Assembly: GCA_964512625.1 (NCBI GenBank)
Contig: CAZEKG010000004.1
Span: forward strand, 9,223-73,222
Source: an uncultured Gammaproteobacteria bacterium
GTDB lineage: Bacteria; Patescibacteriota; Patescibacteriia; 2-01-FULL-39-33
DNA: 64,000 nucleotides
Direction: 5' to 3'
The notes under the pieces were generated by a model. It worked only from the letters and a program-made list of their open reading frames with translations. It ran no database searches and was not told the DNA's origin. The position numbers were made by a program, and so were the translations under genes. Positions within the stretch are counted from its first letter, which is position 1. Each line of letters starts with the position of its first letter. Below, one piece after another: positions 38,423 through 48,521 of this stretch.

Positions 38423-39816
38423 TGCGTCGTTATTGGTTTGACTAAAGTCTGATTGATAACCTGCATCGCTGTATCAATAATAGCTTTAAACTCTTTTTCA
38501 TTTTGAGAAATTAAAGCGTCATCAATCATTTTCTTAAGCGCGCTTTCGGCGGCTGGTAAATCATAACCGCTATACCAGTTATCGGCTGTTAGGATTTCTG
38601 AAGCCGGAGCATTCATATTTTCATCTTCAAGTTGAGATGCAATTAAAGATTTTAAAGCTGTCGGCCGTTTCGCGACTTTTAGGAATTTCTGAGCCTGTTC
38701 TTTTTCAGTCGCAAAAACCAAGAAGTCCCACGCCGCATCGGAATTAGCCGTTTTCTTAGAAACAGTTTCCAGCCAATAGTTCGCAAAGTTAACTTTATTG
38801 CCGGGTACCTGAGGAATTGGCGCTATACCAAGATTAAGTCTCGGCGCTTTGGCTTTAATCGTCGGCAAGTCGTAACTATAGCCGAAAACCATGCCAACTC
38901 GGCCAGCCATAAAAGCCTCCAAAGAATCGCCCATTTCCGCATTCCAAGTATAAGTACTCTTCGTCGGAGAAGCAAAATCAAGATAGAATTGGATAGCCTT
39001 TAAGCCTGGATTATAATCTTTGCGATTAGGATCGCCCTGCATGAAAGCGACTCCTCCATTAGGAAAAAGCATTGTGGCGCCGTTTTGCATCATCAAAACG
39101 GAGAGTAGATCGCTCGCTCGATTTATATTTTTTCCGGTTCCAATAGCCGCACCAGCTTGAACAATTTTATCTTCAGCATCAAACTTAACCATTTTTTCAA
39201 CCGCTTTTTGGAAATCTTCCCAAGTCTCGGGGACTTGAGCGATACCATTCTGATTTAAGATGTCTTTATTGTAAAAAAGAATCAATGTATCCAAAGATAG
39301 AGGCAAACCGTAAACTTTATTATCAAGGATAACATTCTTGGCGACCACATCAGCGAAGTTCGCTTTTATTTCCCGAACCGTCGGAGAATTTTTCGTTCTT
39401 AATTCGTAAGCGATTTCTTTTTTAATGCCGCCCTTCTCGTATTGATAAGCGAGAGTTATTTGAGCCGGCATAGGAGCGATCTTAGTTTGGTATTTCTTTA
39501 GCCAGCCCTCGGGAATCGAAAACATATCCGGACCGCGATCCTCGGCTAAGGCATTCAATAATTCCTTTTCATACTCTTCGTAACGGAATTTGCGATAATT
39601 TATTTTTATGTTCGGATGCAAAGCGCGGTAAGCGGCGATAATCTCGGTAAAGGCATCATCATCTTCCCAAACGCGCCAATAATTAAGCTCGATCGGTTTC
39701 ATTTTTTCCTGAACATCTTTGCCCGGATTTTTACAACCAAAACCGGAAGTGGCGACGAAAGCTAAAAGTAAAAACAAGGTTGAGAACCGAGTTATGTTTT
39801 TCTTAGAAATTTTCAT
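38419..39816 (-). CDS. ABC transporter extracellular solute-binding protein (family 1), signal peptide/lipoprotein-like
   Basis: ~465 aa with SBP_bac_1-type periplasmic sugar-binding architecture. N-terminal signal with Cys. No cognate permease or ATPase adjacent. Confidence 0.65.
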   Translation of the reverse strand: MKISKKNITRFSTLFLLLAFVATSGFGCKNPGKDVQEKMKPIELNYWRVWEDDDAFTEIIAAYRALHPNIKINYRKFRYEEYEKELLNALAEDRGPDMFSIPEGWLKKYQTKIAPMPAQITLAYQYEKGGIKKEIAYELRTKNSPTVREIKANFADVVAKNVILDNKVYGLPLSLDTLILFYNKDILNQNGIAQVPETWEDFQKAVEKMVKFDAEDKIVQAGAAIGTGKNINRASDLLSVLMMQNGATMLFPNGGVAFMQGDPNRKDYNPGLKAIQFYLDFASPTKSTYTWNAEMGDSLEAFMAGRVGMVFGYSYDLPTIKAKAPRLNLGIAPIPQVPGNKVNFANYWLETVSKKTANSDAAWDFLVFATEKEQAQKFLKVAKRPTALKSLIASQLEDENMNAPASEILTADNWYSGYDLPAAESALKKMIDDALISQNEKEFKAIIDTAMQVINQTLVKPITTQ

Positions 39817-40158
39817 GAAGAGAGAATTTATCTTTACATAAATTATAACATATTTTTATGATTCGAGATAAGGGCTATTGTGTATAATTAATAACTTATA
39901 ATATGTAACTAGTAACAAGTAAATACAAATCCACTTAAACTGAGAGCTACTTAAAACTACAAGTCCCCAGTTGCTAGTTACTAGTCCCAAATATTTCAGG
40001 TTAATAGTCCTTAATATTCTAATTAAATTTCCAGTCTATATTTCCTATTCCCAATTATAAGCCTATAACCCTCTTCCACTAATAATTTAATCATTAAATA
40101 ATATAACAGTTGTTATTATCTAAATTTAGCCTTTTTGACTAATTTTAGCCAATTGCTA

Positions 40159-40187
40159 TTGACAAACTTTTTATTATATGCTATAAT
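40159..40187 (+). promoter_or_regulatory. consensus sigma70 promoter (TTGACA-17 nt-TATAAT)
   Basis: Perfect hexamers with optimal spacing, ~150 nt upstream of the lipoprotein gene. Confidence 0.55.
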
Positions 40188-40335
40188 GATATGTTCGTAA
40201 GTAGAACGACTTGAGTCTCCAATCTTAGCTAAAAACCTGTCAAGAGCTTTTAAGTTACTTTAGCCTATTTTAGGTAAGATTGGGGACTTGAGTGAATCAA
40301 AATCAACTGGGCTACAAGCCCAAGGAGAAGCGACC

Positions 40336-40836
40336 ATGTTGAAACGCTCTTTCATCGCCATTTTTGCTCTAACCATCGCCCTGACTCTTTCCGGCTGCGG
40401 CGGGAAAAAAATGGACCAAACGGAACTATATTACTTCCAATCGGCCAGGTATCTCCTGGATAAGGGAGTGATCAGTTCCGACGACCTGGCCAAGTCGGCC
40501 ATCAAGGATCCGGACTTTCAACAACGGATCAATCGGGAGATTGTGCCTTTTATCGCGCAAGGACTCCCGAAGCCGACGACTGCCCCCCAACCCCCGGCGG
40601 AGGAGACTGCCAAGTCCTCGAAGGAGTTGGAAGAATTCAAAAAAGCCGTTACCGAAAGCAGTGAGAGCTTTAAGAAGCTCGTCACTGAAAGCGGTGAAAG
40701 CTTTAGGAAGCAGGCGGAGGAAGTTTCCGAGAAGCTATCGTGTAAAATCGAACGTTTCGACGAGACTTACCGATCCTGGCTTTATCGCCAGCCCAACCCG
40801 CCACTGACACTTCCAACCCCTCCGGGCTCCTCATAA
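40336..40836 (+). CDS. lipoprotein with Pro/Glu-rich and repeated KKAVTESSESFKKLVTESGESFRK segment
   Basis: RBS AAGGAG 8 nt before the ATG. Signal with lipobox LTLSGC. Confidence 0.5.
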   Translation: MLKRSFIAIFALTIALTLSGCGGKKMDQTELYYFQSARYLLDKGVISSDDLAKSAIKDPDFQQRINREIVPFIAQGLPKPTTAPQPPAEETAKSSKELEEFKKAVTESSESFKKLVTESGESFRKQAEEVSEKLSCKIERFDETYRSWLYRQPNPPLTLPTPPGSS

Positions 40837-40937
40837 GCGAAGAGCCAAGAACCAACCTAAGCCAGCGCTGAAAAGTGCTGGCTTATTTACTTTAATTGTT
40901 TTTTGCTTTAAAATTAAGGTAATACTTAATAAAAAAT

Positions 40938-41105
40938 ATGGCTAAAAAACTTTCTCCTCAACAGCAAAAAATGATTACTGATGAAATAAATAAATATCTC
41001 GAAAGAGTCGAGGTTTTAAAAAAAGACTATAGAAAGAGAATAGAAGAAATAATTAAGCGGGCGGAAGAAATAAAAATCCATCAGATTAAATCTAAGATAC
41101 AATAA
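40938..41105 (+). CDS. 55-aa coiled-coil small protein
   Basis: Open frame MAKKLSPQQQKMITDEINKYLERVEVLKKDYRKRIEEIIKRAEEIKIHQIKSKIQ immediately upstream of the large gene. Below the ORF-track cutoff. Confidence 0.3.
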   Translation: MAKKLSPQQQKMITDEINKYLERVEVLKKDYRKRIEEIIKRAEEIKIHQIKSKIQ

Positions 41106-41114
41106 ATAAAATAT

Positions 41115-43463
41115 ATGGATAAAAATAATAATGGCGAAATACCAGCAAGAAGAGGGGACGTTGATCCAACGAGACAGGAACTTAACCAATTACTAAGCGA
41201 TGTAAATGCCCCAAATCCAGACGCAGCACTTCCAGGTGAGCGGCTGAACCACGCAGTAAAAGAAGGGGTTGATACCGTAAATGCTGAGACGGTAGAAGGA
41301 GTCATTACCGACACTAAAAGAGAGACTTTAGGTGAAATCTCTTTGGGAAGTGATGCCGTAAGCGATGCTACCAAAGGACTACCAAAAGATATAACAGCTC
41401 CTTTAGTAATAGAGGCAGATGAAGCGGCGGCGATCTTATCGGCCGGGCTAAGACAAGAAGCTGAAACACTAAGAGACCATAAGAATAATATAGAAGACAA
41501 CGCCCAACCTAATAATCCAGCTGTTTTTAAAGAAAATAAAGAGGGAGGAGATTCAATTAAATTCGTAAACGACCTTAAAACAAATATACCAATACATACG
41601 GCCAAAGAAATACTTTATGATTTAGCAGCTAGAGATTTTATAACCTTTAATGATGAAGTAAAACTAAGAAGAACCTTAGATTCATTTGAAAATTCTGAAC
41701 AAACTGGCCCTGATTTATTTAAAATTATCAATAACATCAAAGAATTAAAGAAAAACAATAATGATTCCCCACTTACTGTATCAAGAAAAACTGCGGGGGA
41801 GATATTAGATTCTTTAGTGGACTCTCAACCAGAAGTATTTGATGGACAAAAAATCGAAAGATTACAAGAAGAAATAAGGTCTTTTTATGAAAGTAAAAAA
41901 GAGAAACCTGATGAAATATCTCTAAAAATACTTTTTAAAATTATTGAAGACTCTATTAATAATACAGCGGATAAATCCCCTTTAGTCGCTCCAGATCTCA
42001 TTACCCCTAAACCAACATCAACACAAGGAGTTGAAACCGACTCAGGAGATGACTGGCATTATCGAAAACCAACTCCGGTAGAGCCTGAGGATGAAGATAA
42101 TGAAACTTCAGTTAATCCAGAGCCTGTCACTCCTGAAACAACACCAGCAAATGAACCCTCCTCAGAACCCATTATAGAACCAACACCCTCAACCCCGGAA
42201 CCTGCTAGTCCCTCACCATCTCCAGAGCCTGTCACTCCTGAAACAACACCAGCAAATGAACCCTCCTCAGAACCCATTATAGAACCAACACCCTCAACCC
42301 CAGAACCTACTAGAACAGAAACTCCTCCGCAAGCCTTAGAAATTCCCGATCCATACGAGTTTGACGGTATAATAAAAACCAAATACCGAGACATTAAAAA
42401 TTGGTTCGATAGGAACCTTTCCGTAGGCTTCGGCGAAGGCAAAGAACATAGGACTTCCAACAGGTTTTTTAAATCCATCGCTAATTTTTGGGATAATAAA
42501 TGGTTTAACCGCCATGATAAAAAATCTGCCGCCCTTGAAGCCAGGCAAGATTCCATAACTAACCAAGTTAACCGCCTTAAAGCCCAAATAAGCGCTCGTG
42601 AAGCCCGTTTAGCCGGCAATCCTTCTAATTCAGAAAGAAGAAAACTGGAAAGAGAATTGAGAAAATATGAAGACCTGCTATTACCCTTAGAAAGAAAACA
42701 AGAAAAACTAGCCACTAAACTGGGTGATTTTGACCGTGTTAAGGAAAAGCATCATGAGAGAGTAGCGGCGAGATGCGAAAGTATAAGCTCCGCCATAAAA
42801 GAAAAAATGTCGGAGAATCTTGAGCTTATCAATGATAAAAAATTAGACCTCTCCAAAAGAGAAGCTGATATCCAAACAGCTAAAGATACTCTAGATACTT
42901 GCAAAAGCGCTTTATTAGAAATAAAAAGGCAATACCGCAGTGCCGACCCATTAACCAGGCCGGAACTTAAGGCCAATATAAGCGCCATAGAAGAAAAAAT
43001 TAAAGAACAATCGGACGAGCTTAAAGAAAAATCAAAGGAATACCGAGCTATAAGCAAACAGCTAAATAGACTAGCAAAAAGAACCAACCCCTGGATAGAT
43101 TTAGCGACTAATTACGAAAGAATGGCTGATCGGACAGCTCCTTATTCCTCAAGAGATCGAAGACCTAATGATACTATGTCCGAAACAATTACTCCGACTA
43201 GGCCTTCAGGTTACGAAGCCTCCTCAGAGTCTAATCTAGAAATTAGGGATAACGAGCCAGTCAAGATTGACGCCTATTTAGCAATTTGGAATGCCTTTAA
43301 TACTGATATTCCAATACTTAGAGAAAGCTTAAGCCTAGGAAGAGAAAAATCAATTCCTATCTCACGACTAGAAAATATAATTAGAAGTAATAATCCTTCA
43401 GCAGAAGGTCTAGATAGGCGCTTTCAGGCCTTAAGAAAAATTAAAACAATTAAAGACAACTAA
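41115..43463 (+). CDS. large (782 aa) hypothetical protein with a Pro/Thr/Glu-rich tandem-repeat linker and a C-terminal coiled-coil region
   Basis: No signal peptide. Central EPVTPETTPANEPSSEPIIEPTPSTPEP duplicated. C-terminal heptad-rich segment (LEARQDSITNQVNRLKAQISAREARL...). Confidence 0.5.
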   Translation: MDKNNNGEIPARRGDVDPTRQELNQLLSDVNAPNPDAALPGERLNHAVKEGVDTVNAETVEGVITDTKRETLGEISLGSDAVSDATKGLPKDITAPLVIEADEAAAILSAGLRQEAETLRDHKNNIEDNAQPNNPAVFKENKEGGDSIKFVNDLKTNIPIHTAKEILYDLAARDFITFNDEVKLRRTLDSFENSEQTGPDLFKIINNIKELKKNNNDSPLTVSRKTAGEILDSLVDSQPEVFDGQKIERLQEEIRSFYESKKEKPDEISLKILFKIIEDSINNTADKSPLVAPDLITPKPTSTQGVETDSGDDWHYRKPTPVEPEDEDNETSVNPEPVTPETTPANEPSSEPIIEPTPSTPEPASPSPSPEPVTPETTPANEPSSEPIIEPTPSTPEPTRTETPPQALEIPDPYEFDGIIKTKYRDIKNWFDRNLSVGFGEGKEHRTSNRFFKSIANFWDNKWFNRHDKKSAALEARQDSITNQVNRLKAQISAREARLAGNPSNSERRKLERELRKYEDLLLPLERKQEKLATKLGDFDRVKEKHHERVAARCESISSAIKEKMSENLELINDKKLDLSKREADIQTAKDTLDTCKSALLEIKRQYRSADPLTRPELKANISAIEEKIKEQSDELKEKSKEYRAISKQLNRLAKRTNPWIDLATNYERMADRTAPYSSRDRRPNDTMSETITPTRPSGYEASSESNLEIRDNEPVKIDAYLAIWNAFNTDIPILRESLSLGREKSIPISRLENIIRSNNPSAEGLDRRFQALRKIKTIKDN
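42121..42309 (+). repeat. tandem direct repeat (105 bp unit, ~1.8 copies) inside the large gene
   Basis: agcctgtcactcctgaaacaacaccagcaaatgaaccctcctcagaacccattatagaaccaacaccctcaacccc... is repeated almost identically from 42226. Confidence 0.85.
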
Positions 43464-43464
43464 T

Positions 43465-43710
43465 ATGACTAATTCCTCTCTTTTAGATGACACAAAAAAA
43501 CTGCTCGAGGATCTTAAAAAAAATGATCAATACATAAAATCCCAAATATCTGATCCTTTACAAAATCTTCAATCTGATATTAATGGCTTAGAGAAGAAAA
43601 TAGATCAAGATGAAAAAGATCTTAATGATCTCAATCAGGCAACTATTAAAGGTCTTGCTGAAGATGCGACCTTTCGAATTGCTGAGAGCGAAAAAATATT
43701 GGAAGATTAA
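43465..43710 (+). CDS. 81-aa coiled-coil hypothetical protein
   Basis: Its start abuts the stop of the large gene. A terminator CTCCCttcgccGGGAG at 43743..43772 follows. Confidence 0.35.
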   Translation: MTNSSLLDDTKKLLEDLKKNDQYIKSQISDPLQNLQSDINGLEKKIDQDEKDLNDLNQATIKGLAEDATFRIAESEKILED

Positions 43711-43799
43711 TTTTTTTACCCCACCCCTCTTTATAAACTAAAAACTCCCTTCGCCGGGAGTTTTTAATTTATAATTGATTTTAATTCCCGCTTAGGAGT

Positions 43800-44846
43800 C
43801 TAAACGATAACCGGCTCTTCCCGCTTCTTATTCCTTAGCCATTTAAAAATAATGAATGATAATAAAAATATCGGAACGGTAATCAAGATCGCCTTCGACT
43901 TCGGAAAAAAGTAAAAAAGCGTCAAATCGATAACAACCCAATGAAGTATATAAACATTCAAAGTCGCATCACCAAGAATCTTTAAAACCTTAAAAATTAT
44001 TTCTACCGCCCGGAATTTAATAAGCCCGATTAAATCATGAACCCCCATTAAAATAAACATTATGAAATAAGAAGCGAAAATATAATAAGGCCTAAGCGGA
44101 TACATATAACTCGTAAGATCGGTCGATTGTCCGGAAAACTTTAAAAACGCATACGAAACGAAGAATAAAACGCCGAATAAGGCCAGCCAGCGCTTATAAT
44201 GCTTCTGATACTCACTCAAGGCTAAGTAATAACCGAAGACGAAAGGCGCTAACCAATAAAGAATCGAGAAAGTCACATTATTCCTCGCATAAATAAAATC
44301 CGTCAGCGAATTGACCGGTAAAGGAATAAGATAGTTAATAATTAGAATCAAGCCGATAATTCCGAGTAAAACCGTTTTCGGATATTTTAATTTTTTAGTT
44401 ATCAAAATAAAAAGCGGCGAAATCAAGAAATACAAGCCGAGAGTCAAAATGATCGTAATCGGAACCGTAAAAGCTTTCAAGCTTAAGATATGGAAAGCGT
44501 CAAGAATATTCTTATCCTTGAATTGGAGAAAAAACGGCTCCTTATTAAAATCAAAAAAAGCCAGCTTAACTAAATTGTAAGCGAAAAAAATCGCAATTAA
44601 TCGCGTTCCCTTATAAGCTGTCTTCTTAAAGCCCTCGAGCCAGGTCCGTTTTTTAGCATAAGCAAGATAAATGACCGCGCCAAGATTAGAAAAGAAAAAT
44701 AAAACGCTCGGATAAAGCCATTGCTTGAAAAGCTGTTGTTCCGACGTAATCTTTAAGTTCGACCAATCAATTAAATGAATCGCAATGATAGCTAAAATGG
44801 CCAAACCGTTAATAAACGAAATGTAAGGATTCCTTTCTTTATTCAT
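43800..44846 (-). CDS. acyltransferase family 3 (OafA-like) membrane protein
   Basis: N-terminal RNPYISFINGLAILAIIAIHLID, typical of acyltransferase_3. ~10 TM segments. Confidence 0.55.
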   Translation of the reverse strand: MNKERNPYISFINGLAILAIIAIHLIDWSNLKITSEQQLFKQWLYPSVLFFFSNLGAVIYLAYAKKRTWLEGFKKTAYKGTRLIAIFFAYNLVKLAFFDFNKEPFFLQFKDKNILDAFHILSLKAFTVPITIILTLGLYFLISPLFILITKKLKYPKTVLLGIIGLILIINYLIPLPVNSLTDFIYARNNVTFSILYWLAPFVFGYYLALSEYQKHYKRWLALFGVLFFVSYAFLKFSGQSTDLTSYMYPLRPYYIFASYFIMFILMGVHDLIGLIKFRAVEIIFKVLKILGDATLNVYILHWVVIDLTLFYFFPKSKAILITVPIFLLSFIIFKWLRNKKREEPVIV

Positions 44847-46599
44847 TATTTTTTCCGTTAATTCTTTCTCCTATCTGTTGGCGCCACATAGCGTAATAAA
44901 GGCCTTTTTGCTCTAATAATTCCTCATGCTTTCCAGATTCAATAATTCTTCCTTTCTCAAGGACAAAAATCCGATCGGCGTGCATGACTGTTGAAAGACG
45001 ATGAGCAACCATAACGACAAGATGTTTCTTCTCTTTGGATATTTTCCTAATCGTTCCGGAGATTTCCTCTTCCGTTATCGAATCAAGCGCCGAAGTCGCC
45101 TCATCAAAAATTAAAAGCCGCGGCTTCCTTAAGAGCGCCCGAGCGATTGACAGCCGTTGCTTCTCGCCGCCGGAAACCTTTATACCGCCTTCGCCGATAG
45201 TCGTTTCTAAACCGTTAGCCGCTCGCTCTAAGAGGCTTTGTCCGGCCGCCGATTTCATCGCTTCCAAGCACTCCTCATCGCTAGCCTTAGGGCTAGCAAA
45301 AAGCAAGTTCTCTTTTATACTGCCGGCAAAAAGCTGGGTATCTTGGGAAACTAAGCCGATCTGCTTTTGCAATCCGGAAATATCAATCTCTTTGATATCC
45401 TGACCGTTAATCATGATCCGGCCGGTTTCACTGCGATACAAGCCGACTAAAAGCTTAATCAGCGTCGTCTTGCCCGAGCCAGAAGGGCCGACGAAAGCGA
45501 TCGTCTCCCCTATTTTCGCTTTAAAAGAAATCTCTTCAAGGGCTTTAACGGAGGCGGTTTGATGTTGGAAAGCGACCTGAGAGAATTCCAAGCCTTCCAG
45601 TTCGCCAATCAAAACCGGCGCTTCCGGAATCTTTTCTTTCGGCGTTTTCATGATATCGTCGAAGTTCTTTAAAGAAGCTTGAGTTTCACGATAGATATTA
45701 ATGATGTTGCCCATCTCTTGCAGTGGACCGAAAATGAAAAAGGAATAAACGAAAAGAGAAAAGAACTCGCCGAAAGATATTTTTTGGAAATAAATCAAAG
45801 CCAACATAAGGAACATAATCGTCGTTCGAAGAAAATTGACGGTCGTCCCCTGAATAAAGCTCAGCGTCCTGATATATTTTACTTTATTCAGCTCTAATCC
45901 CAGGATTTTTTCCGTCGTTAAGTTAAGGCGCTTGATTTCCTGATTAGCTAAGCCCAAGCTTTTAACTAACTCAACATTCCTTAGTGACTCAGTCGTCGCG
46001 CCAGCTAAAGCCGTCGTTTCCGACAAGATCTTTTTTTGCGCTTCCTTAATCCGCTTGCTTAAAATTGAACTCAGCCAGCCGATAACCGGCGCCGCAATGA
46101 AATAAATCGGAGCGATCAGCCAATAGACGGTAAAGGAATAAACTGTTACAAAGATGACGCCGACCAAAGAAGTGAAAAGGATATTAATGAAATTAGAAAT
46201 GAGACGCTCAATATCGCTGCGCGCTTTTTGGAGCTTACCGAGAGTCTCGCCACTGCGTTGATCCTCAAAAATCGCGTAAGGTAATTCAAGGGAATGTTTA
46301 ATGCCGTCAGTATAAATATTGGCGCCTACTTTTTGAGTTATAGTACTGATATAATAATCCTGAAAGCTCTTCGCGACTCGAGAAACAAAAGCTGCTCCGA
46401 CCGAAGCGCCAAGGAGCGTTAAAACGCCGGCAATGAATTGATTGAGCTGATACTGATTAAACTTCGAAATATAATTGTCGATTACCAAGCGAAAGATATA
46501 CGGATCAAGAAGAGAGAAGACCTGATTGACGGCCGCCAAAAAAAGAGCCAAGACAATCAGCTTCCAATATTTTTTTAAATAAGGCCAAAGTATTTTCAT
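44839..46599 (-). CDS. ABC exporter, fused permease/ATPase (MsbA-like)
   Basis: 6-TM N-terminal domain, Walker A GPSGSGKTT, signature LSGGEKQRLSIARAL, Walker B LLIFDEATSALD. Confidence 0.85.
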   Translation of the reverse strand: MKILWPYLKKYWKLIVLALFLAAVNQVFSLLDPYIFRLVIDNYISKFNQYQLNQFIAGVLTLLGASVGAAFVSRVAKSFQDYYISTITQKVGANIYTDGIKHSLELPYAIFEDQRSGETLGKLQKARSDIERLISNFINILFTSLVGVIFVTVYSFTVYWLIAPIYFIAAPVIGWLSSILSKRIKEAQKKILSETTALAGATTESLRNVELVKSLGLANQEIKRLNLTTEKILGLELNKVKYIRTLSFIQGTTVNFLRTTIMFLMLALIYFQKISFGEFFSLFVYSFFIFGPLQEMGNIINIYRETQASLKNFDDIMKTPKEKIPEAPVLIGELEGLEFSQVAFQHQTASVKALEEISFKAKIGETIAFVGPSGSGKTTLIKLLVGLYRSETGRIMINGQDIKEIDISGLQKQIGLVSQDTQLFAGSIKENLLFASPKASDEECLEAMKSAAGQSLLERAANGLETTIGEGGIKVSGGEKQRLSIARALLRKPRLLIFDEATSALDSITEEEISGTIRKISKEKKHLVVMVAHRLSTVMHADRIFVLEKGRIIESGKHEELLEQKGLYYAMWRQQIGERINGKNNE

Positions 46600-47351
46600 A
46601 ATTCTACATTTACTGACTTAACCATTGCCTTGCCATCTATGATTTCTCCGCGAAATACCGCATGCTGACCTGATGATTCGAATAGCTTAAAACAATCAGC
46701 CTTGCTAAAACCAACTCGACAATCGCTTTCCGGCAGGAATTGCATCAAGCTGTATTTCAAGCCGTCATTAGTATCATAAGAAATGTAGGATTGGCCACTT
46801 TGAGGATTTTGACTATCTTTCGCGATCTTAACTCGAGCGTAAAAAGGCGATTTGATTTCTTTAATAGCCGTAACCTGCCAAGACTTAAGGCCGATTATCG
46901 GCTCTAAGCCCAGCTTATCATCAATCGTAAATTCGCCGATCGCTAAAAAATCCTTATCCGGGGAACTAAAAACCAAGTTAGCGATATAGCCGTCAATCCA
47001 GGCAATCGAATACGGCAAAGCGTTCTTGATTTCTATCGCCTTCTTATCCTTAATCATTTTCGAATAATGAGAAGCGAAATACTTTTCGATTTTTAAACGA
47101 TTATCTAATACTCTTTGACATTCGTTTTGGCTGGCTAAATCGCTTTTTAAACAAGGATCAAGCGCTTTTTTTATTTCGCCGCATTCGCCGTTCGGTTCGC
47201 CAGCCGGGTTACCATATTTTACCCATTCCCCGGAAACGCAAACCCAGGAATTTCGCGCCGCGCCGAAATCCAAGCGTGAAATAACTAAAAAAGAAATAAC
47301 TCCAGAGAATAATAATACAACAACAATTAAATTGAGGATAATTTTTTTCAT
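46596..47351 (-). CDS. hypothetical secreted/membrane-anchored protein
   Basis: N-terminal hydrophobic anchor. No known domain. Overlaps the exporter gene by 4 nt. Confidence 0.4.
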   Translation of the reverse strand: MKKIILNLIVVVLLFSGVISFLVISRLDFGAARNSWVCVSGEWVKYGNPAGEPNGECGEIKKALDPCLKSDLASQNECQRVLDNRLKIEKYFASHYSKMIKDKKAIEIKNALPYSIAWIDGYIANLVFSSPDKDFLAIGEFTIDDKLGLEPIIGLKSWQVTAIKEIKSPFYARVKIAKDSQNPQSGQSYISYDTNDGLKYSLMQFLPESDCRVGFSKADCFKLFESSGQHAVFRGEIIDGKAMVKSVNVEL

Positions 47352-47358
47352 TTTTATT

Positions 47359-47625
47359 CTATTCCAAGGAAATTATTTGAATGCCTTTTTCTAAAATATC
47401 TTTCTCTGGCCAAAATAACTCATCAATCTTAAATCTTCCTACATAAGTAGCTTTCTTTTCGATCGAACGGCCGGTATACTCTTTTAATTCCGGATCCCAT
47501 TCTTCTAGCATTAAAGTATCACCTTCGCTAATTTCAAAATCATTTAAACGTAATTCATATTTCTTTTTACCGGAAGAAACCACTTCAAAATATTCAGGAT
47601 GAATTTTCTTTTTAATGATTGCCAT
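47359..47625 (-). CDS. DUF3850/ASCH-like (PUA-fold) small protein
   Basis: IHPEYFEVVSSGKKKYELRLNDFEISEGDTLMLEEW matches the DUF3850 pattern. Confidence 0.5.
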   Translation of the reverse strand: MAIIKKKIHPEYFEVVSSGKKKYELRLNDFEISEGDTLMLEEWDPELKEYTGRSIEKKATYVGRFKIDELFWPEKDILEKGIQIISLE

Positions 47626-47641
47626 TTTTTTAAATTATTTT

Positions 47642-48148
47642 TTATTCTTCATTAGATAAATTAAAATGAAACAAGCTTTCTAAAATCGTAACTTTCTTAT
47701 CTAAGATTTTATCACCTTCGCCAAAGCTAAATCGTCCCCTTAAATAATTACCATTAATAACTTCGGGGAGCCAAAAAGGATCATCCGGCCACATACTTTC
47801 AAACGGCAAGGACTCAACCCTAAACCAATCAGGATTCATCTCCTCTGATTCTTTCGGTTCATTTTCCCATTCTTCAGCGAAATAAACATGAACTAATTGA
47901 TGCCACTCCGGCTTATGCGGAAAATAGAAAGCTAACTCCGCCATCTTTTTCAACTCCTTAATATCAACTCCGATTTCTTCCCTTGCTTCTCTAATAGCCG
48001 CCTCTTCAATCGTCTCTCCGGACTCGACCTTACCGCCAACGCCATTCCAACGATTAACTCCGAATCCCCGCTTTTTCATCGCTAAACATATATCAGTTAA
48101 GCGATTTTCCGATTTTTTTACTAAAAACAATAAAGTTGTATCCCTCAT
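47642..48148 (-). CDS. NUDIX hydrolase (MutT-like)
   Basis: Nudix box GVGGKVESGETIEEAAIREAREEIGV. Confidence 0.8.
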   Translation of the reverse strand: MRDTTLLFLVKKSENRLTDICLAMKKRGFGVNRWNGVGGKVESGETIEEAAIREAREEIGVDIKELKKMAELAFYFPHKPEWHQLVHVYFAEEWENEPKESEEMNPDWFRVESLPFESMWPDDPFWLPEVINGNYLRGRFSFGEGDKILDKKVTILESLFHFNLSNEE

Positions 48149-48521
48149 ATTCTTAATACTTAAAAAGCCTCTAAAATGTATCTAAATTATATGCTAATCA
48201 GCCGGCTCTTACAACTTTTTAAGCCTAAATCCTTTGTTTTACCCTTAAAATGAAACAATCAACGCTCCCATACCGTAATACCATCCATGTAATGGAATGG
48301 CGAGAGGTAAAAATGTTATTAAAAAATGCTAAAAGACTCGCTTCTCCTAAACTTTTTGCCCAAATTTAGGCAATACAATATAAAAAGACCTTTTCTTGAC
48401 ATAACCGACGGATTATTGCCATTTTTGTTTTTATGCCTTTTTTTGACTAAAAACCTTTTCCGGCTTCCTCCATAAAAAAGCCATTTTACCCATTAATTCA
48501 AATTAAAAAATAATCCATCAT

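Noticed and set aside
41081-42715. Minus-strand ORFs (41081..41605, 42059..42715, 42336..42587, 42752..43087) inside the 782-aa gene
   Set aside because: They are antisense to a long plus-strand ORF with coherent repeat structure, and their Ser/Gly-rich low-complexity translations are typical antisense artefacts.
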